Origin: Trueperaceae bacterium
GTDB taxonomy: Bacteria > Deinococcota > Deinococci > Deinococcales > Trueperaceae
Length of the DNA stretch: 64,000 bases
Assembly (NCBI GenBank): GCA_965213925.1
Contig: OZ243927.1
Span: forward strand, 832,001-896,000
Direction: 5' to 3'
In this document: in pieces, positions 1 through 9,937 of the stretch
Numbering within the stretch: position 1 is the first letter of the stretch
Layout: every line of letters begins with the position of its first letter
Translations under genes and position numbers: made by a program
Notes under the pieces: model-generated
The model's input: the letters and a program-made list of their open reading frames with translations, nothing else
What the model was told of the DNA's origin: nothing
The model's database searches: none

Positions 1-2
1 TC

Positions 3-1790
3 TTGTGGCTCGAGGGCTTGCCTTTCGAAGCAGGGTCGCGTCACTCGGACGCCCTCACCCTGTTCTTGGAGCGGGCTAGGCGTCACCGGCAGAGGTTTGA
101 ACCCTCATCTTTAGAGGCCGTCACCCGTATCTGCCGCGCGGTAGGGGGCTCACCGTTCGCCACGGAACTCGCGGCGGCCCTCGTCAACACGCTGTCCTGT
201 GAGCAGATTGCCGCGTACCTCGAGCGAGACTTGCTCTCGCTCAGCAGCCGCGCGCGCAACCTGCCCGAACGCTTGAGGAGCGTTCAGGCGGCGCTCGAGT
301 CGACCTGGCGTTTACTCACGGAGGGCGAACGGCGGGCCGTTAAGCAGCTCTCGGTGTTCCGTGGTGGGTTCACCAGAGACGCGGCCTTGCAGGTGGCGGG
401 CGTGGGCCTGTCCCTGCTGGTGACGCTGAGCGACAAAGCGCTCCTGCGCCCGCAGCCGCATGGGCGTTTTGACCGCCACCCGCTCGTGTACGAGTTTACG
501 AAGCAGAAACTTTCGGAGCAGCCTGAGCTGGCTGAGGCCAAGCGGCAGGACCACGCGGGCTACTATACGACCTTTTTAGAAGCGCGTCTCAAACCCGTCC
601 GAGGTGAACAATCCAAGGCTATCCTTCAAGAAATTTCTAGCGACATGGACAACATCCGCGACGCTTGGGCTATTCTGCTCGAGCGGAGCCAAGCTGGCGA
701 ACTAGCCAGAAGCGTCTTCACCCTCGCTTACTTCTTCGAGTTTACCGGCCGCTGTGAGGAGGGGCTGGACCTCTTTTCGAACACGGTCCGGCGTCTCGAC
801 GCCCTACCTGACGTGGTGCCCGACGCGCTCCTCGCCCTCGGCAAGCTGCACTACGCCTCCTCGTGGATGTTTGACCACTTAGGCCAAACGCACCGGGCGC
901 TGCAAGCTGCCGAGGTGGCGCTCGGGCACTACCGCGCGCACGGCGACCCAACACTCATCGCACACGGGCTCAACAACCTCGCCGGATTTGTCGCAGACCG
1001 TAAAGGCGATTATCAAGAGGCCGTGCGGCTGCTCGAGGAAGCCCGCGGGCTGGTCAATCAGGATGACCCCTACTACGAAGCTGTACTCCTCACCAACCTC
1101 GGCATCATGTACCTTTTCGCTGGGGACTATGCAGCCTCGGAGGGCTATCTAAACCGAGGTGAACATCTCCACCGAAAAGTGGATAACCAGATGGGCGTAG
1201 CGGTTTGCCTACAAAACCGAGGAGACCTTTTTACAAACCTGGGAAGGTCCAGCGAAGCGGCGTCTGTTTTAAAAGAGGGTTTGACGCTCTGTGAAGCGCT
1301 CGGCCTCGAGCACTTTGAGCCGTTTTTTCACTGCAGCCTTGCGCGAACCAAAAGGTTGATGGGTGAGGTTGACGAGGCATTTGAGCACATAGCGTCAGCT
1401 CTGGAGCTTGCTCAAGAAATCGACCACCTGCAGGCAATGCCGAACATTTTGGTCGAGTACGCCCGTGTTGCGCTCTCCCGTCAGGACGTAAAGGGCGCCG
1501 TTGGCTCTTTAAGTTGGGCCTTAGCGACCGCCCAACAGGGCGGTATGTTGGCTAAAACGCTGCACGTCTTGACCGGCTTCAGCGAGCACTACTCAGCGCA
1601 AAGGGAAAACGCCCTGGCGCTCGAGCTTGCCTGGTACGTCACGCGGCAGGGGGCGGCGCACGCTTCAGACCGCAGCCTGGCGCAAGCTGTTCTCGACAAG
1701 GCCGTGGCTCGCGGGGCGGAGATGCCCGTACAACCCGAATACGTTTCTCTCGAGGAGCTAATAAACACCCTCCCTATGGCTCAGTCCTGA
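3..1790 (+). CDS. ATP-binding (NB-ARC/STAND) + TPR repeat protein, AfsR/SARP-like regulator, 5' partial
   Basis: ICRAVGGSPFATELAA (GxPLA-like), LSVFRGGFT and HPLVYEF motifs, followed by TPR repeats; ORF open at the window edge. Confidence 0.8.
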   Translation: MWLEGLPFEAGSRHSDALTLFLERARRHRQRFEPSSLEAVTRICRAVGGSPFATELAAALVNTLSCEQIAAYLERDLLSLSSRARNLPERLRSVQAALESTWRLLTEGERRAVKQLSVFRGGFTRDAALQVAGVGLSLLVTLSDKALLRPQPHGRFDRHPLVYEFTKQKLSEQPELAEAKRQDHAGYYTTFLEARLKPVRGEQSKAILQEISSDMDNIRDAWAILLERSQAGELARSVFTLAYFFEFTGRCEEGLDLFSNTVRRLDALPDVVPDALLALGKLHYASSWMFDHLGQTHRALQAAEVALGHYRAHGDPTLIAHGLNNLAGFVADRKGDYQEAVRLLEEARGLVNQDDPYYEAVLLTNLGIMYLFAGDYAASEGYLNRGEHLHRKVDNQMGVAVCLQNRGDLFTNLGRSSEAASVLKEGLTLCEALGLEHFEPFFHCSLARTKRLMGEVDEAFEHIASALELAQEIDHLQAMPNILVEYARVALSRQDVKGAVGSLSWALATAQQGGMLAKTLHVLTGFSEHYSAQRENALALELAWYVTRQGAAHASDRSLAQAVLDKAVARGAEMPVQPEYVSLEELINTLPMAQS

Positions 1791-2616
1791 GCGCTCCATA
1801 CTGCCCCGGCGTCACCCCGACATAGCGCTTAAAGGTCCGCGTGAAGTGCGCCTGGTCCGCAAAGCCGAGGTCGATAGCGACGTGGGCGATGGGCTCACGC
1901 AGCAGCAAACTTTTCGCCTCGCGGACGCGCAGCGACATCCCGAACACAGCTGGCGTGACGCCGACGACCTCCTTAAAAGTCCGGCTCAGGTGAAACTTGC
2001 TCATGTTCACGAGTTCGGCGATTTGGTCGAGGGACAAGGGAGTGGAAAAGTGCTCCGTCAGGTGCGCCTTGACCGCCTCGACCGCGCGCATGGTTCTGGG
2101 CGTCACGGTTTGCGGGTGCGGTGGCCGGTCCTGGTGCCTCGCCAAGACCCGCACCACGGCAACAAGCTTTGCCTCGCTCTCGAGGCTGGGCGCGCCCCGC
2201 GCGAGGCTCGAGAACGCGTCTGTAAAAAGTTCGCCGAGCTTGTGGTTTATCGCCGCGTCCGGGGAGATGGGGACTGTAAAGGGCAGCCGCTCGACACGAG
2301 CCGCCCCGGCGAGGTCTAGCATCAGGTCGGGGCTGACGCGCAGCGTCTGGTAGCCCCAACGCTCGCCCTTTTGGGGCGCGGCGACCAAGGCCTCGCCCGC
2401 CCCGAAGCTCTGGAAGGTACCCCCTTTAAGCGCGTGCTTCTCTCTCCGGTACTGCACGCTCGCGGGTCCCCGCAAACAGAGTGACAGGCAGTAGTCGCCC
2501 AGCAGTTGTGGGGCCACCGGCCGCGCCGTGCGGGGGGTGCGCTCGAGCTCGAGACCGCCAAACCCCTCGGGGTGCCAAAAGGTCGTCTCTGGGGTTTGCG
2601 CAGTAGCTCCCGTCAT
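1774..2616 (-). CDS. AraC family transcriptional regulator
   Basis: C-terminal double HTH: MSKFHLSRTFK...LGFADQAHFTRTFKRYVGVTPGQY. Confidence 0.92.
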   Translation of the reverse strand: MTGATAQTPETTFWHPEGFGGLELERTPRTARPVAPQLLGDYCLSLCLRGPASVQYRREKHALKGGTFQSFGAGEALVAAPQKGERWGYQTLRVSPDLMLDLAGAARVERLPFTVPISPDAAINHKLGELFTDAFSSLARGAPSLESEAKLVAVVRVLARHQDRPPHPQTVTPRTMRAVEAVKAHLTEHFSTPLSLDQIAELVNMSKFHLSRTFKEVVGVTPAVFGMSLRVREAKSLLLREPIAHVAIDLGFADQAHFTRTFKRYVGVTPGQYGALRTEP

Positions 2617-2655
2617 GGTCCGTCTCCTCCCGGAAACAGTCTTGACCGGAGGGGT

Positions 2656-2692
2656 TTACCGGGGCCTTACACGCCTCTTACACGAGCGTTAC
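2656..2692. promoter_or_regulatory. Four TTAC direct repeats with 11-bp period upstream of the AraC gene
   Basis: TTAC at 2656, 2667, 2678 and 2689; helical phasing typical of SARP/OmpR-type binding sites. Confidence 0.45.
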
Positions 2693-2726
2693 TTGGGCGT
2701 TGGTTTGGTGTAACGGCGCGCCAGCC

Positions 2727-4193
2727 TCACCTGCTAAACCTTTCTAGCCCCCTCTCGAGCCCGCCACGACCTCCGCCTGCCTCCTCACCTAAGCGCATAA
2801 AAAGGTTGTTCAGCGACTCATTGTAGGTCGGGTGGGCGAAAACACCGTCGCGCTGGACCGTGTAGGGGGCCCCGCACTGCATCGCCAGCTGCACCAGCGA
2901 CATCACCTCGCCGCCTTCGGTGCCGAGTATGGCGCAGCCCAAAATTTGCTCCGTGTCGGCGTCCACCACCGCTTTCATAAAACCGCGCGTGTCGCCCGTC
3001 TCGACCGCGCGGGCGATACTCTCGCCGGGAAGCTTGGCGACCCTCACGCGGTAGCCCTTGGCGCGCGCCTCCCCCTCGGTGAGATTCACCCGACCGAGTT
3101 GCGGGTCGGTAAAGACCGCGTAGGGCACCACGCGCCCTTCGTTCTTGAGCGCCGCGCCGCCGAGCAGGTTGGCTTTGAGGATGCGGAAGTCGTCGTACGA
3201 AACGTGTGTAAAGGCGGGGCCGCCCTTCACGTCGCCTAGAGCATAGACGCCGGGCGCGCTCGTTTCCAGGCGCGCGTTGACTTCTATAAAGCCGCGCGCG
3301 TCCGTCCGCACTCCGGTGCTCTGCAACTCGAGCGCTTCGGTATCGGGCACCCGCCCGGTGGCGACGAGCAGGTGCGAGCCGCGCAAAACCGCCTCGCCGT
3401 GCGAGTCGCAGACGTGGAGGTCGAGCCCCACTTCGTCGCGTCGGGCGTGAAGGGCTTGGCTGTGTAGGCGCACGTCGACGCCTTCGTCCATAAGAATCTG
3501 GGTCAGCGCGTGAGACACGTCGGGGTCTTCTCGCTCCAAAAGCCGCTCGCCGTGGTGGACAAGCGTGACTTGTGCGCCAAAGCGCCGGAACATCTGCGCG
3601 AACTCCACGCCGACCACCCCGCCGCCTAGCACGATGAGGTGAGCGGGCAGCTCGGATAGCTCCATGATGCTCGTCGAGTCGAGTGCCCCGACCTCGCTCA
3701 ACCCTTCGACGGGCGGCACGCGCGGGCGCAGGCCGGTGTTGATAAAACTACGCTCGGCCTCCAAAGTCAAACCGCCCCCATCATCAAGCGCGACCTCGAG
3801 CCGCCGTTCGCCGCTGAACTGTGCCGTGCCGCGGAGAAAGTCTAGGTTTGGTGTCTCTTCAACCCAGCCCTCGACCCTTGTGCGCGAGTGCGCTACCACC
3901 GCCTCCTTGCGCTCGCGGACGCGTGCCAAGTCGACCTTGACAGGGCCTGTCTCCACCCCGTAGCGGGCCGCCTGTCGCGTGAGGTAGGCGACGCGGGCGC
4001 TCGCCACCATTGTTTTGGTGGGGGTGCAACCGTCGTTGACGCAGGTGCCGCCCAGGGCGCGGCGCTCGACGAGCGCCACCCGCCAGCCCGCGTCTGCGAG
4101 CGCAATGGCGAGGGGAAGCCCCGCTTGCCCCGCGCCGACGACCACGGCGTCGTACCGTCGTTCGTTCATCGTTTCCTCCTGTTTCATGAGCAC
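2727..4193 (-). CDS. Pyridine nucleotide-disulfide oxidoreductase, mercuric reductase/RclA-like
   Basis: GAGQAG FAD motif, GGTCVNDGCTPTK redox disulfide, C-terminal HPT; lacks the MerA C-terminal Cys pair. Confidence 0.85.
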   Translation of the reverse strand: MLMKQEETMNERRYDAVVVGAGQAGLPLAIALADAGWRVALVERRALGGTCVNDGCTPTKTMVASARVAYLTRQAARYGVETGPVKVDLARVRERKEAVVAHSRTRVEGWVEETPNLDFLRGTAQFSGERRLEVALDDGGGLTLEAERSFINTGLRPRVPPVEGLSEVGALDSTSIMELSELPAHLIVLGGGVVGVEFAQMFRRFGAQVTLVHHGERLLEREDPDVSHALTQILMDEGVDVRLHSQALHARRDEVGLDLHVCDSHGEAVLRGSHLLVATGRVPDTEALELQSTGVRTDARGFIEVNARLETSAPGVYALGDVKGGPAFTHVSYDDFRILKANLLGGAALKNEGRVVPYAVFTDPQLGRVNLTEGEARAKGYRVRVAKLPGESIARAVETGDTRGFMKAVVDADTEQILGCAILGTEGGEVMSLVQLAMQCGAPYTVQRDGVFAHPTYNESLNNLFMRLGEEAGGGRGGLERGLERFSR

Positions 4194-4233
4194 AAGATTG
4201 ACCCGTTTCAGCTGCGACGCGGGCGAGCCGCCG

Positions 4234-4749
4234 TCAAAAAGCGGTTTCCAAACTTGCCGTACTAAACACCACGTGAAAGGGTTTGCAGTAGATGACCACG
4301 CTCCGCACGCTCGAGAGGTCAGTACCGCCCGGAACCTCGTAGTTCTGGTTGCCGACGTTGCCTTTTAGGTTTCCCAAGTCAAGATACGCGCCCGAATTCA
4401 CCTCCTCTTGGTCTGCTGGGTCCGGGTGCGAGGAGAGGATGACGTGCAGGTCGGGGCCGTTGGTGACCGTAAAGTTCTCGAGCCGCAAGAAGAGGCGACC
4501 GTCGTCCAGAAGGTAGAGGGTCACCTTGCCGCTGCCCCTATGGAAATCGTCGGCGTCCCGGAACTCCCCCGCGAGAAGCGGAACCGCGTCGGCCTGCACG
4601 AAAATTGGCCCCGGTTTCGGTCGCTCGGTGGGGAAGGGCTCATCTACCGTCCTGTTCAAGAAAAGGGGTGAGCCGAGCCACCAGGCGAGGGCGAGAAGGA
4701 CTATCGCCACAACTGCGATGAGGACACGACGCATCATTCGTCTGGACAT
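4234..4749 (-). CDS. DM13 domain-containing protein
   Basis: N-terminal TM, HRGSG, NGPDLHV, LKGNVGNQNY, VVIYCKPFHVVF. Confidence 0.88.
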   Translation of the reverse strand: MSRRMMRRVLIAVVAIVLLALAWWLGSPLFLNRTVDEPFPTERPKPGPIFVQADAVPLLAGEFRDADDFHRGSGKVTLYLLDDGRLFLRLENFTVTNGPDLHVILSSHPDPADQEEVNSGAYLDLGNLKGNVGNQNYEVPGGTDLSSVRSVVIYCKPFHVVFSTASLETAF

Positions 4750-4752
4750 TGT

Positions 4753-6150
4753 TCACCTCCCGTTACCTGTTTCAAAATACGCAGGGGCGTTCAGCACGCG
4801 CTGCGCCACACACTCACCCTGCGCCATGCCGTTCTCGGCTGAGACGCGGTAATGCACGCCGCCGTAGAGCCGCGACAGGGCGTTTTCCTGAGCGGCGTGG
4901 TGAAACGACTCAAAGGAGCGGGTCATGGCCTCTTGGTCGTGCGCCGCAAAAGCGCCACGCGGATTTTTCACGCCGTAGGCGTCGCTAAAAGAAATTTCAC
5001 CAAAAAAGTGTGTCAACACTTCAGCGGCGGCAGCCCCGACGACGGCGTGTCCTGACGGGTACTCGGGGAAGTTCGGGGTTTGTAAAAGAGGCCGCCAGTC
5101 GGGGTCGAGCGTCTCGCGGAGAAGCGTTTCGGGCCGCACCAGCATCACTTTGTACTTCGACCACCACGCCGAAACGAAGGCGTCGTGCAGCGCGGTGCCG
5201 AGCACGGCGTAAAAGGTGGCGGCGTCACGTAGACTCAACGCTTGCCTCTCGACCATCATCGTGCCGAGCATGAGAAAATGCCCGCCGATGGTGCCCGTTT
5301 CGACGGGCTCGTCATCCCAAAAGTAGGCCGTGTCGCGTTCGGCTTCGCTCAAGGTCTGCGAGGTCTCGTAGACCTCTAAGAGCTGCGTGTGAAAGGCGGA
5401 GCCGGGGGTGAGGTCGAAGGGGATGCCCAGGGGCACGTGGCAGGCGTCAGGTGCGGCCAAGCTCAGCGGCGCAATCTGTCCCCAAAACGGTTGAATCGGG
5501 GTGCGCCCCGCACCGCGCGAGACCCACAGCGAAGCGTCCTCGGCGCGGGCGGCGACGAGGGCGGCGGCGGTGGCGTACATGGCGTCGCGGGCCTCGGCAA
5601 ACCCGTCCGTCTCGGCCCAGGCGAGCACGGCCCGCCCGATGTTCATGCCCAGCTCGAGCGACGCCGACACGACCTCAGCACTCACGCTTTGCTCTCTCAC
5701 CGCAACTTGTTCGGCGTGTAGGGCGGACAGGGCGCGTTTGGTTTCGAGGACGCTTACCGCAAAAGGCTGCCACATGTCGCTGTTCTCTCGCAGCAGCCCC
5801 GTTGTCACCGTGTGGAGCGCAGCGCTCAGGACGGTGAGGGTGTCGTAGGTCGCGTCACCCGCTTGGGGAACGTTAAGCCCCCCCCTTATTCCCTCCGCCA
5901 GCGACGCCGTGTCGCCGAGTACGGCGAGCGTTTCGTTCATGGTGATACCCGTGTAGGCAAATATCCGGGCGGCCACCGGCGGCGTGACGCTCTCACCTTT
6001 GACGCGGGCGTAAAGCAGCGTCATCCAGTCGTTGGCAAAGGCGGCGTCCTGGGCGTGTCCAGAGGACAGGGCGCAAGATAAGGTAAGCAGGGTCAAAAGG
6101 ACGCGTATCCTTCTCGCAGGTCGGTTCATCACGTCTCCTTGTAAAAACAA
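4753..6150 (-). CDS. Secreted vanadium-dependent haloperoxidase / PAP2 superfamily protein
   Basis: Signal peptide; K-x6-RP, PEYPSGH and SRLYGGVHY active-site motifs. Confidence 0.85.
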   Translation of the reverse strand: MFLQGDVMNRPARRIRVLLTLLTLSCALSSGHAQDAAFANDWMTLLYARVKGESVTPPVAARIFAYTGITMNETLAVLGDTASLAEGIRGGLNVPQAGDATYDTLTVLSAALHTVTTGLLRENSDMWQPFAVSVLETKRALSALHAEQVAVREQSVSAEVVSASLELGMNIGRAVLAWAETDGFAEARDAMYATAAALVAARAEDASLWVSRGAGRTPIQPFWGQIAPLSLAAPDACHVPLGIPFDLTPGSAFHTQLLEVYETSQTLSEAERDTAYFWDDEPVETGTIGGHFLMLGTMMVERQALSLRDAATFYAVLGTALHDAFVSAWWSKYKVMLVRPETLLRETLDPDWRPLLQTPNFPEYPSGHAVVGAAAAEVLTHFFGEISFSDAYGVKNPRGAFAAHDQEAMTRSFESFHHAAQENALSRLYGGVHYRVSAENGMAQGECVAQRVLNAPAYFETGNGR

Positions 6151-6195
6151 ACACCCCAGAAACCAAGTTCCAGGGTGTTGAGAGGTTCGTAAGAC

Positions 6196-7380
6196 CTAGA
6201 GGAAGCGGAAGACGATGGGACAGTTGACGATGATGCCGACCGAGCCGTAGGGCTCGCCGCCCGGCCCCGTCAGCCAGCCCTGCTCGGCGAAGCCCAGAAT
6301 CTGGAACTCCTCGATAAGCCGACTCCGGTAGCCCGCGTCAATCGCCTCTTGCGTCCACTCGCCCAAGTTCATGTCCCACAGCGGACTGTAGTCGGTAGCG
6401 ATGGTGGGAATGCCGCCCAGGACGTTAAGCGAACCCCTACCGTCGAGAATGGCGCTGTTCAACCCCTGACGTTGCGGGTTGTCCGCGCCGGTAGGACCGT
6501 TGGTAAAGACGAAAATGCGCTCAACCGCGCTCGTGAAGGAGTCGTCGCGGCCTACGGTGATGTCGTCTAAACCCGGCGCGAGTGTGACCGCTTCCAGAGT
6601 AGCCGCCAGCGGATTGTTCGAGTCCAGACTCAGGTAGAGGTTGGGGCGGGCGAATGAGAAGCCGGGGGTGAGCGCAAGGGTCACCGTCTGCTCCTGGGGG
6701 CAGATACGCACCACTTTGTCATGCACCACACTGTGGTCGGCGTCGGCATTGCAGAAAAGATTCAGTTCTTCGGCGGGCACGTCAAACGCGATGATGGGCG
6801 CGTTGTAGATGTAACCCCCGGCGTTTTCTATCATCACCAGCGGGCTGTAGTTGTCGTCACCGACCGAGCCGGGTTGAAACTCGGCGGGCGGGAAAGCGTT
6901 GGGGGCCTCGCCGGGGGTGAGCATCCGCTCTGGCGAAAAGTCCACCGTGCCCTGCATAAAGGTTAAAGAGGCGTCGGGCTCGAGTCGCGCCGTCCGCGCC
7001 CCACGCCCGACGTTGGCGTAGGTGAGTTTGGGCGAGAAGTTGAGCCCCAGTTGCGCGGCGTTGCCCTCGTCGTCGGTATCGGTCACGACGTACCAAACGT
7101 TTTCACCCGATTCCATCTGGCCGCGGTACAGGGGCAGGGTGACGGTGCCCGCCTCTTGGTCCACGGTGCCCGCCTTGAGCAGGTGATACGGCCCGATGAG
7201 TTCGCGCTGCACCTGCGAGGGGGCCGGGCCAAAGTAGGTCAAGGGAACATCCGCGCCGATGCTTGCAGGCGCGGGGGCGACGTCGTCGTCCGCGCCGCCC
7301 TCTTCCTGAGCAAAGGCGATACCGGCAAGGAAAACGAAGCTGAGGACTAGAAGGGTAAGGCGTTTTAAGGCTAAACTCAT
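6196..7380 (-). CDS. Secreted hypothetical protein
   Basis: Long ORF with signal peptide MSLALKRL...AFAQ; repeated YSPL motifs; start set at ATG 7380. Confidence 0.75.
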   Translation of the reverse strand: MSLALKRLTLLVLSFVFLAGIAFAQEEGGADDDVAPAPASIGADVPLTYFGPAPSQVQRELIGPYHLLKAGTVDQEAGTVTLPLYRGQMESGENVWYVVTDTDDEGNAAQLGLNFSPKLTYANVGRGARTARLEPDASLTFMQGTVDFSPERMLTPGEAPNAFPPAEFQPGSVGDDNYSPLVMIENAGGYIYNAPIIAFDVPAEELNLFCNADADHSVVHDKVVRICPQEQTVTLALTPGFSFARPNLYLSLDSNNPLAATLEAVTLAPGLDDITVGRDDSFTSAVERIFVFTNGPTGADNPQRQGLNSAILDGRGSLNVLGGIPTIATDYSPLWDMNLGEWTQEAIDAGYRSRLIEEFQILGFAEQGWLTGPGGEPYGSVGIIVNCPIVFRFL

Positions 7381-7506
7381 GGTGCTGACTCCTGTTCGCG
7401 TAGGGGCGGCGTGGGCGGTAACCGACAAGCGATGGCACTCGCTGTTGTAGGGTGCCGCCTTTGTTATGGACACAGATAAGGTAAACCTCCTTTGGTCATC
7501 ACGAGC

Positions 7507-7548
7507 AGTTTAGTCACTCGAGCTTGTGGGTTCTTGAATAATCTTGCG
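7507..7548 (-). promoter_or_regulatory. Putative AraC-activated promoter (CGCAAGATTnTTCAAGA box + -10)
   Basis: Box at 7532-7548; -10 TAAACT at 7507-7512. Confidence 0.55.
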
Positions 7549-7659
7549 CGCGTTTGTAACAGCGCCCAGCAAAAAACGCACGGCCGACGCCGCGCGCTTC
7601 CTTTCCTTTTTACAAACTCAAGACTCTAAGCTGTCCCGCCTAAAGCGCCCCGGCGTCGT

Positions 7660-8475
7660 CTACGTGTACGCCTTGAAGGTGCGGGTAAAGTGCGCCTGGT
7701 CGCTGAAGTTAAGCTCGAGCGCCACGTCTACAAGCTCCGCGCCCTGCACCAACCTGTCTTTGGCCCGGTTGACGCGCAAGCCCGTCTGGTACTTGTGCGG
7801 GCTGACGCCCACGTCGCGCTGGAACACACGCGTGAGGTGGTATTTGCTGAGGTTCGTTACACTACCCAAATCGTCCAGGGTGACGTCCAGCTCGGGGTGC
7901 GCGTGTAAAACCTCTTTGACGAGTGAGACGGCCTTGTGCTCCCGACCCAACTTCACCTCGGGAGGTGGGCTGTCAGGGCAGTGTTTGAGGACGGCGTGGA
8001 GGAAACCCAAGAGTTTACATTCGCGCTCAAGATGTGTGGCGGCTTTATCGAAGGACCGAATAGTATCAGTAAGCAACTTGGCGAGTGGATCATTGAGCAC
8101 TTCAGGCGTGCACATATCGGGGATGTAAACCGGGTCCCTGATTCCTACACCGGAAGCAAAACCCATCATCGTTTCAGGTTGTAGGCGTAAAGTCCACGCT
8201 GTTGTCAGCATATCGCTCGAGGCGTGAACGGTACAAACCTCTCCGGGATATTGGGCAAGAACAAGACCCTCAGCCCTGACGTATTCAACGACCTGTTTAC
8301 CGTAGCGTGTCCAACCACTGCCCCAACCCACTGTTATCTCATAGCTTTGGAATATAGAGGGCGTTAATTCGAAGTCTTGTACGTTCTCGAAGATGTCAAC
8401 CTCCACCCCCGCAAACCCCTGCGGCCTCCAAACTTTCACCCTTGGTTCAGGCGCGTTCCCGCTCTCCATACTCAC
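7660..8475 (-). CDS. AraC family regulator with premature stop near the C-terminus
   Basis: HTH LSKYHLTRVF...SDQAHFTRTFKAYT then TAG; reading through gives TTPGRFRRDSLES. Confidence 0.8.
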   Translation of the reverse strand: MSMESGNAPEPRVKVWRPQGFAGVEVDIFENVQDFELTPSIFQSYEITVGWGSGWTRYGKQVVEYVRAEGLVLAQYPGEVCTVHASSDMLTTAWTLRLQPETMMGFASGVGIRDPVYIPDMCTPEVLNDPLAKLLTDTIRSFDKAATHLERECKLLGFLHAVLKHCPDSPPPEVKLGREHKAVSLVKEVLHAHPELDVTLDDLGSVTNLSKYHLTRVFQRDVGVSPHKYQTGLRVNRAKDRLVQGAELVDVALELNFSDQAHFTRTFKAYT

Positions 8476-8514
8476 CTCACTGTTCGTCCTGAGTTGTCAT
8501 GCCCGGTCTCGTTA

Positions 8515-8557
8515 AGGGTAGCACGCAGCTTGAGTCGTTGTTTTGAATAAAGTTGCG
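8515..8557 (-). promoter_or_regulatory. Putative AraC-box promoter
   Basis: CGCAACTTTATTCAAAAC at 8540-8557; -10 TACCCT 19 bp downstream. Confidence 0.5.
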
Positions 8558-8621
8558 CTTTTGCACACGCCCCTCAAATATTCGCTCCTGCCATAACATC
8601 TGGCAGTGCCTTGTACGCCAC

Positions 8622-9311
8622 CTACATTTGAACTTCCTCAGGACGGCTGCGAAACGCCACACCCGTCAGCCCAGGAGCGAGTTGCGAGGTCCTGACGAGG
8701 TAACGGCCTCTCGAGCCCAGCAAGCACCCTTCGCTGCGCAGTTGCTTAAACACACAGGTGACCGTCACACGGGTGACGTTGACCATAATCGCCACGTCGT
8801 CGTGGGTCAGGGCCAGCGCAAGTTCGGCCCAGCCACCCGGATGCGGGACACCGAAGCGCGCGACCAGCCAGTCTAAAAGCCACGCGACCCGCGTTTCGGC
8901 GGGGTAGGTCGAAAACACTACCCGCATTTCTGCGTAAGACAGCTGCTGCGCTACCTGACGAAAGAGGTCCAGGGGTACACCCTTTGAAAACGCGGCGCGC
9001 GGCGTGTAGGTGAGGGCAGCGTTTGGGGCGACGCAAACCGCGTCCGCTGTGTGATGTGCCTCAGGCGTCAAAAAGTTCGGCTCGAGGACGTCGCCAGGTC
9101 CTGCCAGACGTACGGTAATCTCGCGCCCCTGCTCAGTCAGGTGCGTCAACCGCACCAGGCCGGACGCAACCGTCTGAAGCCCTGTCACGCGGTCCCCACA
9201 GTGAAAGATGAGGTCGCCCTTGACGTAGTCGGTGACGAGGCCGGGGGCAACGTAGGCAACCGTGAACGGTGAGGGAGTAAAGTCTTGATTAGACGGCGTC
9301 AAAGTGTTCAC
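8622..9311 (-). CDS. Crp/Fnr family transcriptional regulator
   Basis: cNMP-binding fold (SGLVRL..GREIT..GPGD) and HTH LTHDDVAIMVNVTRVTVT. Confidence 0.85.
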   Translation of the reverse strand: MNTLTPSNQDFTPSPFTVAYVAPGLVTDYVKGDLIFHCGDRVTGLQTVASGLVRLTHLTEQGREITVRLAGPGDVLEPNFLTPEAHHTADAVCVAPNAALTYTPRAAFSKGVPLDLFRQVAQQLSYAEMRVVFSTYPAETRVAWLLDWLVARFGVPHPGGWAELALALTHDDVAIMVNVTRVTVTCVFKQLRSEGCLLGSRGRYLVRTSQLAPGLTGVAFRSRPEEVQM

Positions 9312-9332
9312 AAGCGTACCTCCTTGGCCTCG

Positions 9333-9375
9333 AGGCTAGGTGTTGAGCCAGGCTGCCGTCTTGAAAAATCTTGCG
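9333..9375 (-). promoter_or_regulatory. Putative AraC-box promoter
   Basis: CGCAAGATTTTTCAAGAC at 9358-9375; -10 TAGCCT 19 bp downstream. Confidence 0.55.
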
Positions 9376-9402
9376 CCGCAAAAAGGTGAGTCGTGCCCGT
9401 CC

Positions 9403-9843
9403 TCAAAACCGCCGAATCAGCGTCACGCCGCCCAACAAGAGCACAGCGCCCAAAACGCGCTGCCAGTTGAGGCGGTGCAACTCAAAGTTGAGGAGCCCGT
9501 AATGGTCAATAACGAGTGCCGCGACGAGCTGCCCCGTGATGATGAGCCCGATAAGGATGGCGGCTCCCAAGCGTGGCCCAGCGACGATGGTGCCGACCTG
9601 GTACAAAATCGCCAGCAACGCTGCGCTCCAGGCCCACAGCGGTACGGCGGGGAGGTCGGTAACACGGGGCGCAGGCGAGCGTACGCCCAGCGCGAGCCCC
9701 AACGACAGCGCGAGGCCGAGCGCGAAAATAGCGACCGACACCCAAAAGGGATGCCCGAGAAAGCCGCGCAGGGTCGTGTTGGCGGCGACCTGCACGGGGA
9801 TGGACGCGCCGATGAGCAGGGCGAGTAAGATGAAAGGCACCAT
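9403..9843 (-). CDS. DMT family transporter (YdcZ/DUF606-like)
   Basis: Five TM helices; PVQVAANTTL, PRLGAA, GQLVAALVIDHYG. Confidence 0.85.
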   Translation of the reverse strand: MVPFILLALLIGASIPVQVAANTTLRGFLGHPFWVSVAIFALGLALSLGLALGVRSPAPRVTDLPAVPLWAWSAALLAILYQVGTIVAGPRLGAAILIGLIITGQLVAALVIDHYGLLNFELHRLNWQRVLGAVLLLGGVTLIRRF

Positions 9844-9937
9844 AGCTGACCTCCTTGAACCCGCACAGTTACAGGTAAAGGGTAAAAGACGGTGCCCCAA
9901 CCGTCTTTACCGATGTTCAATACGCGTTCGGCTCGAG

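Noticed and set aside
2727..4193. merA mercury resistance
   Set aside because: No C-terminal Cys-Cys, no NmerA domain and no other mer genes.
7540..7560. GCGCGC near 7546 as another array site
   Set aside because: No TTCTGC/GCAGAA arms; explained by the AraC box.
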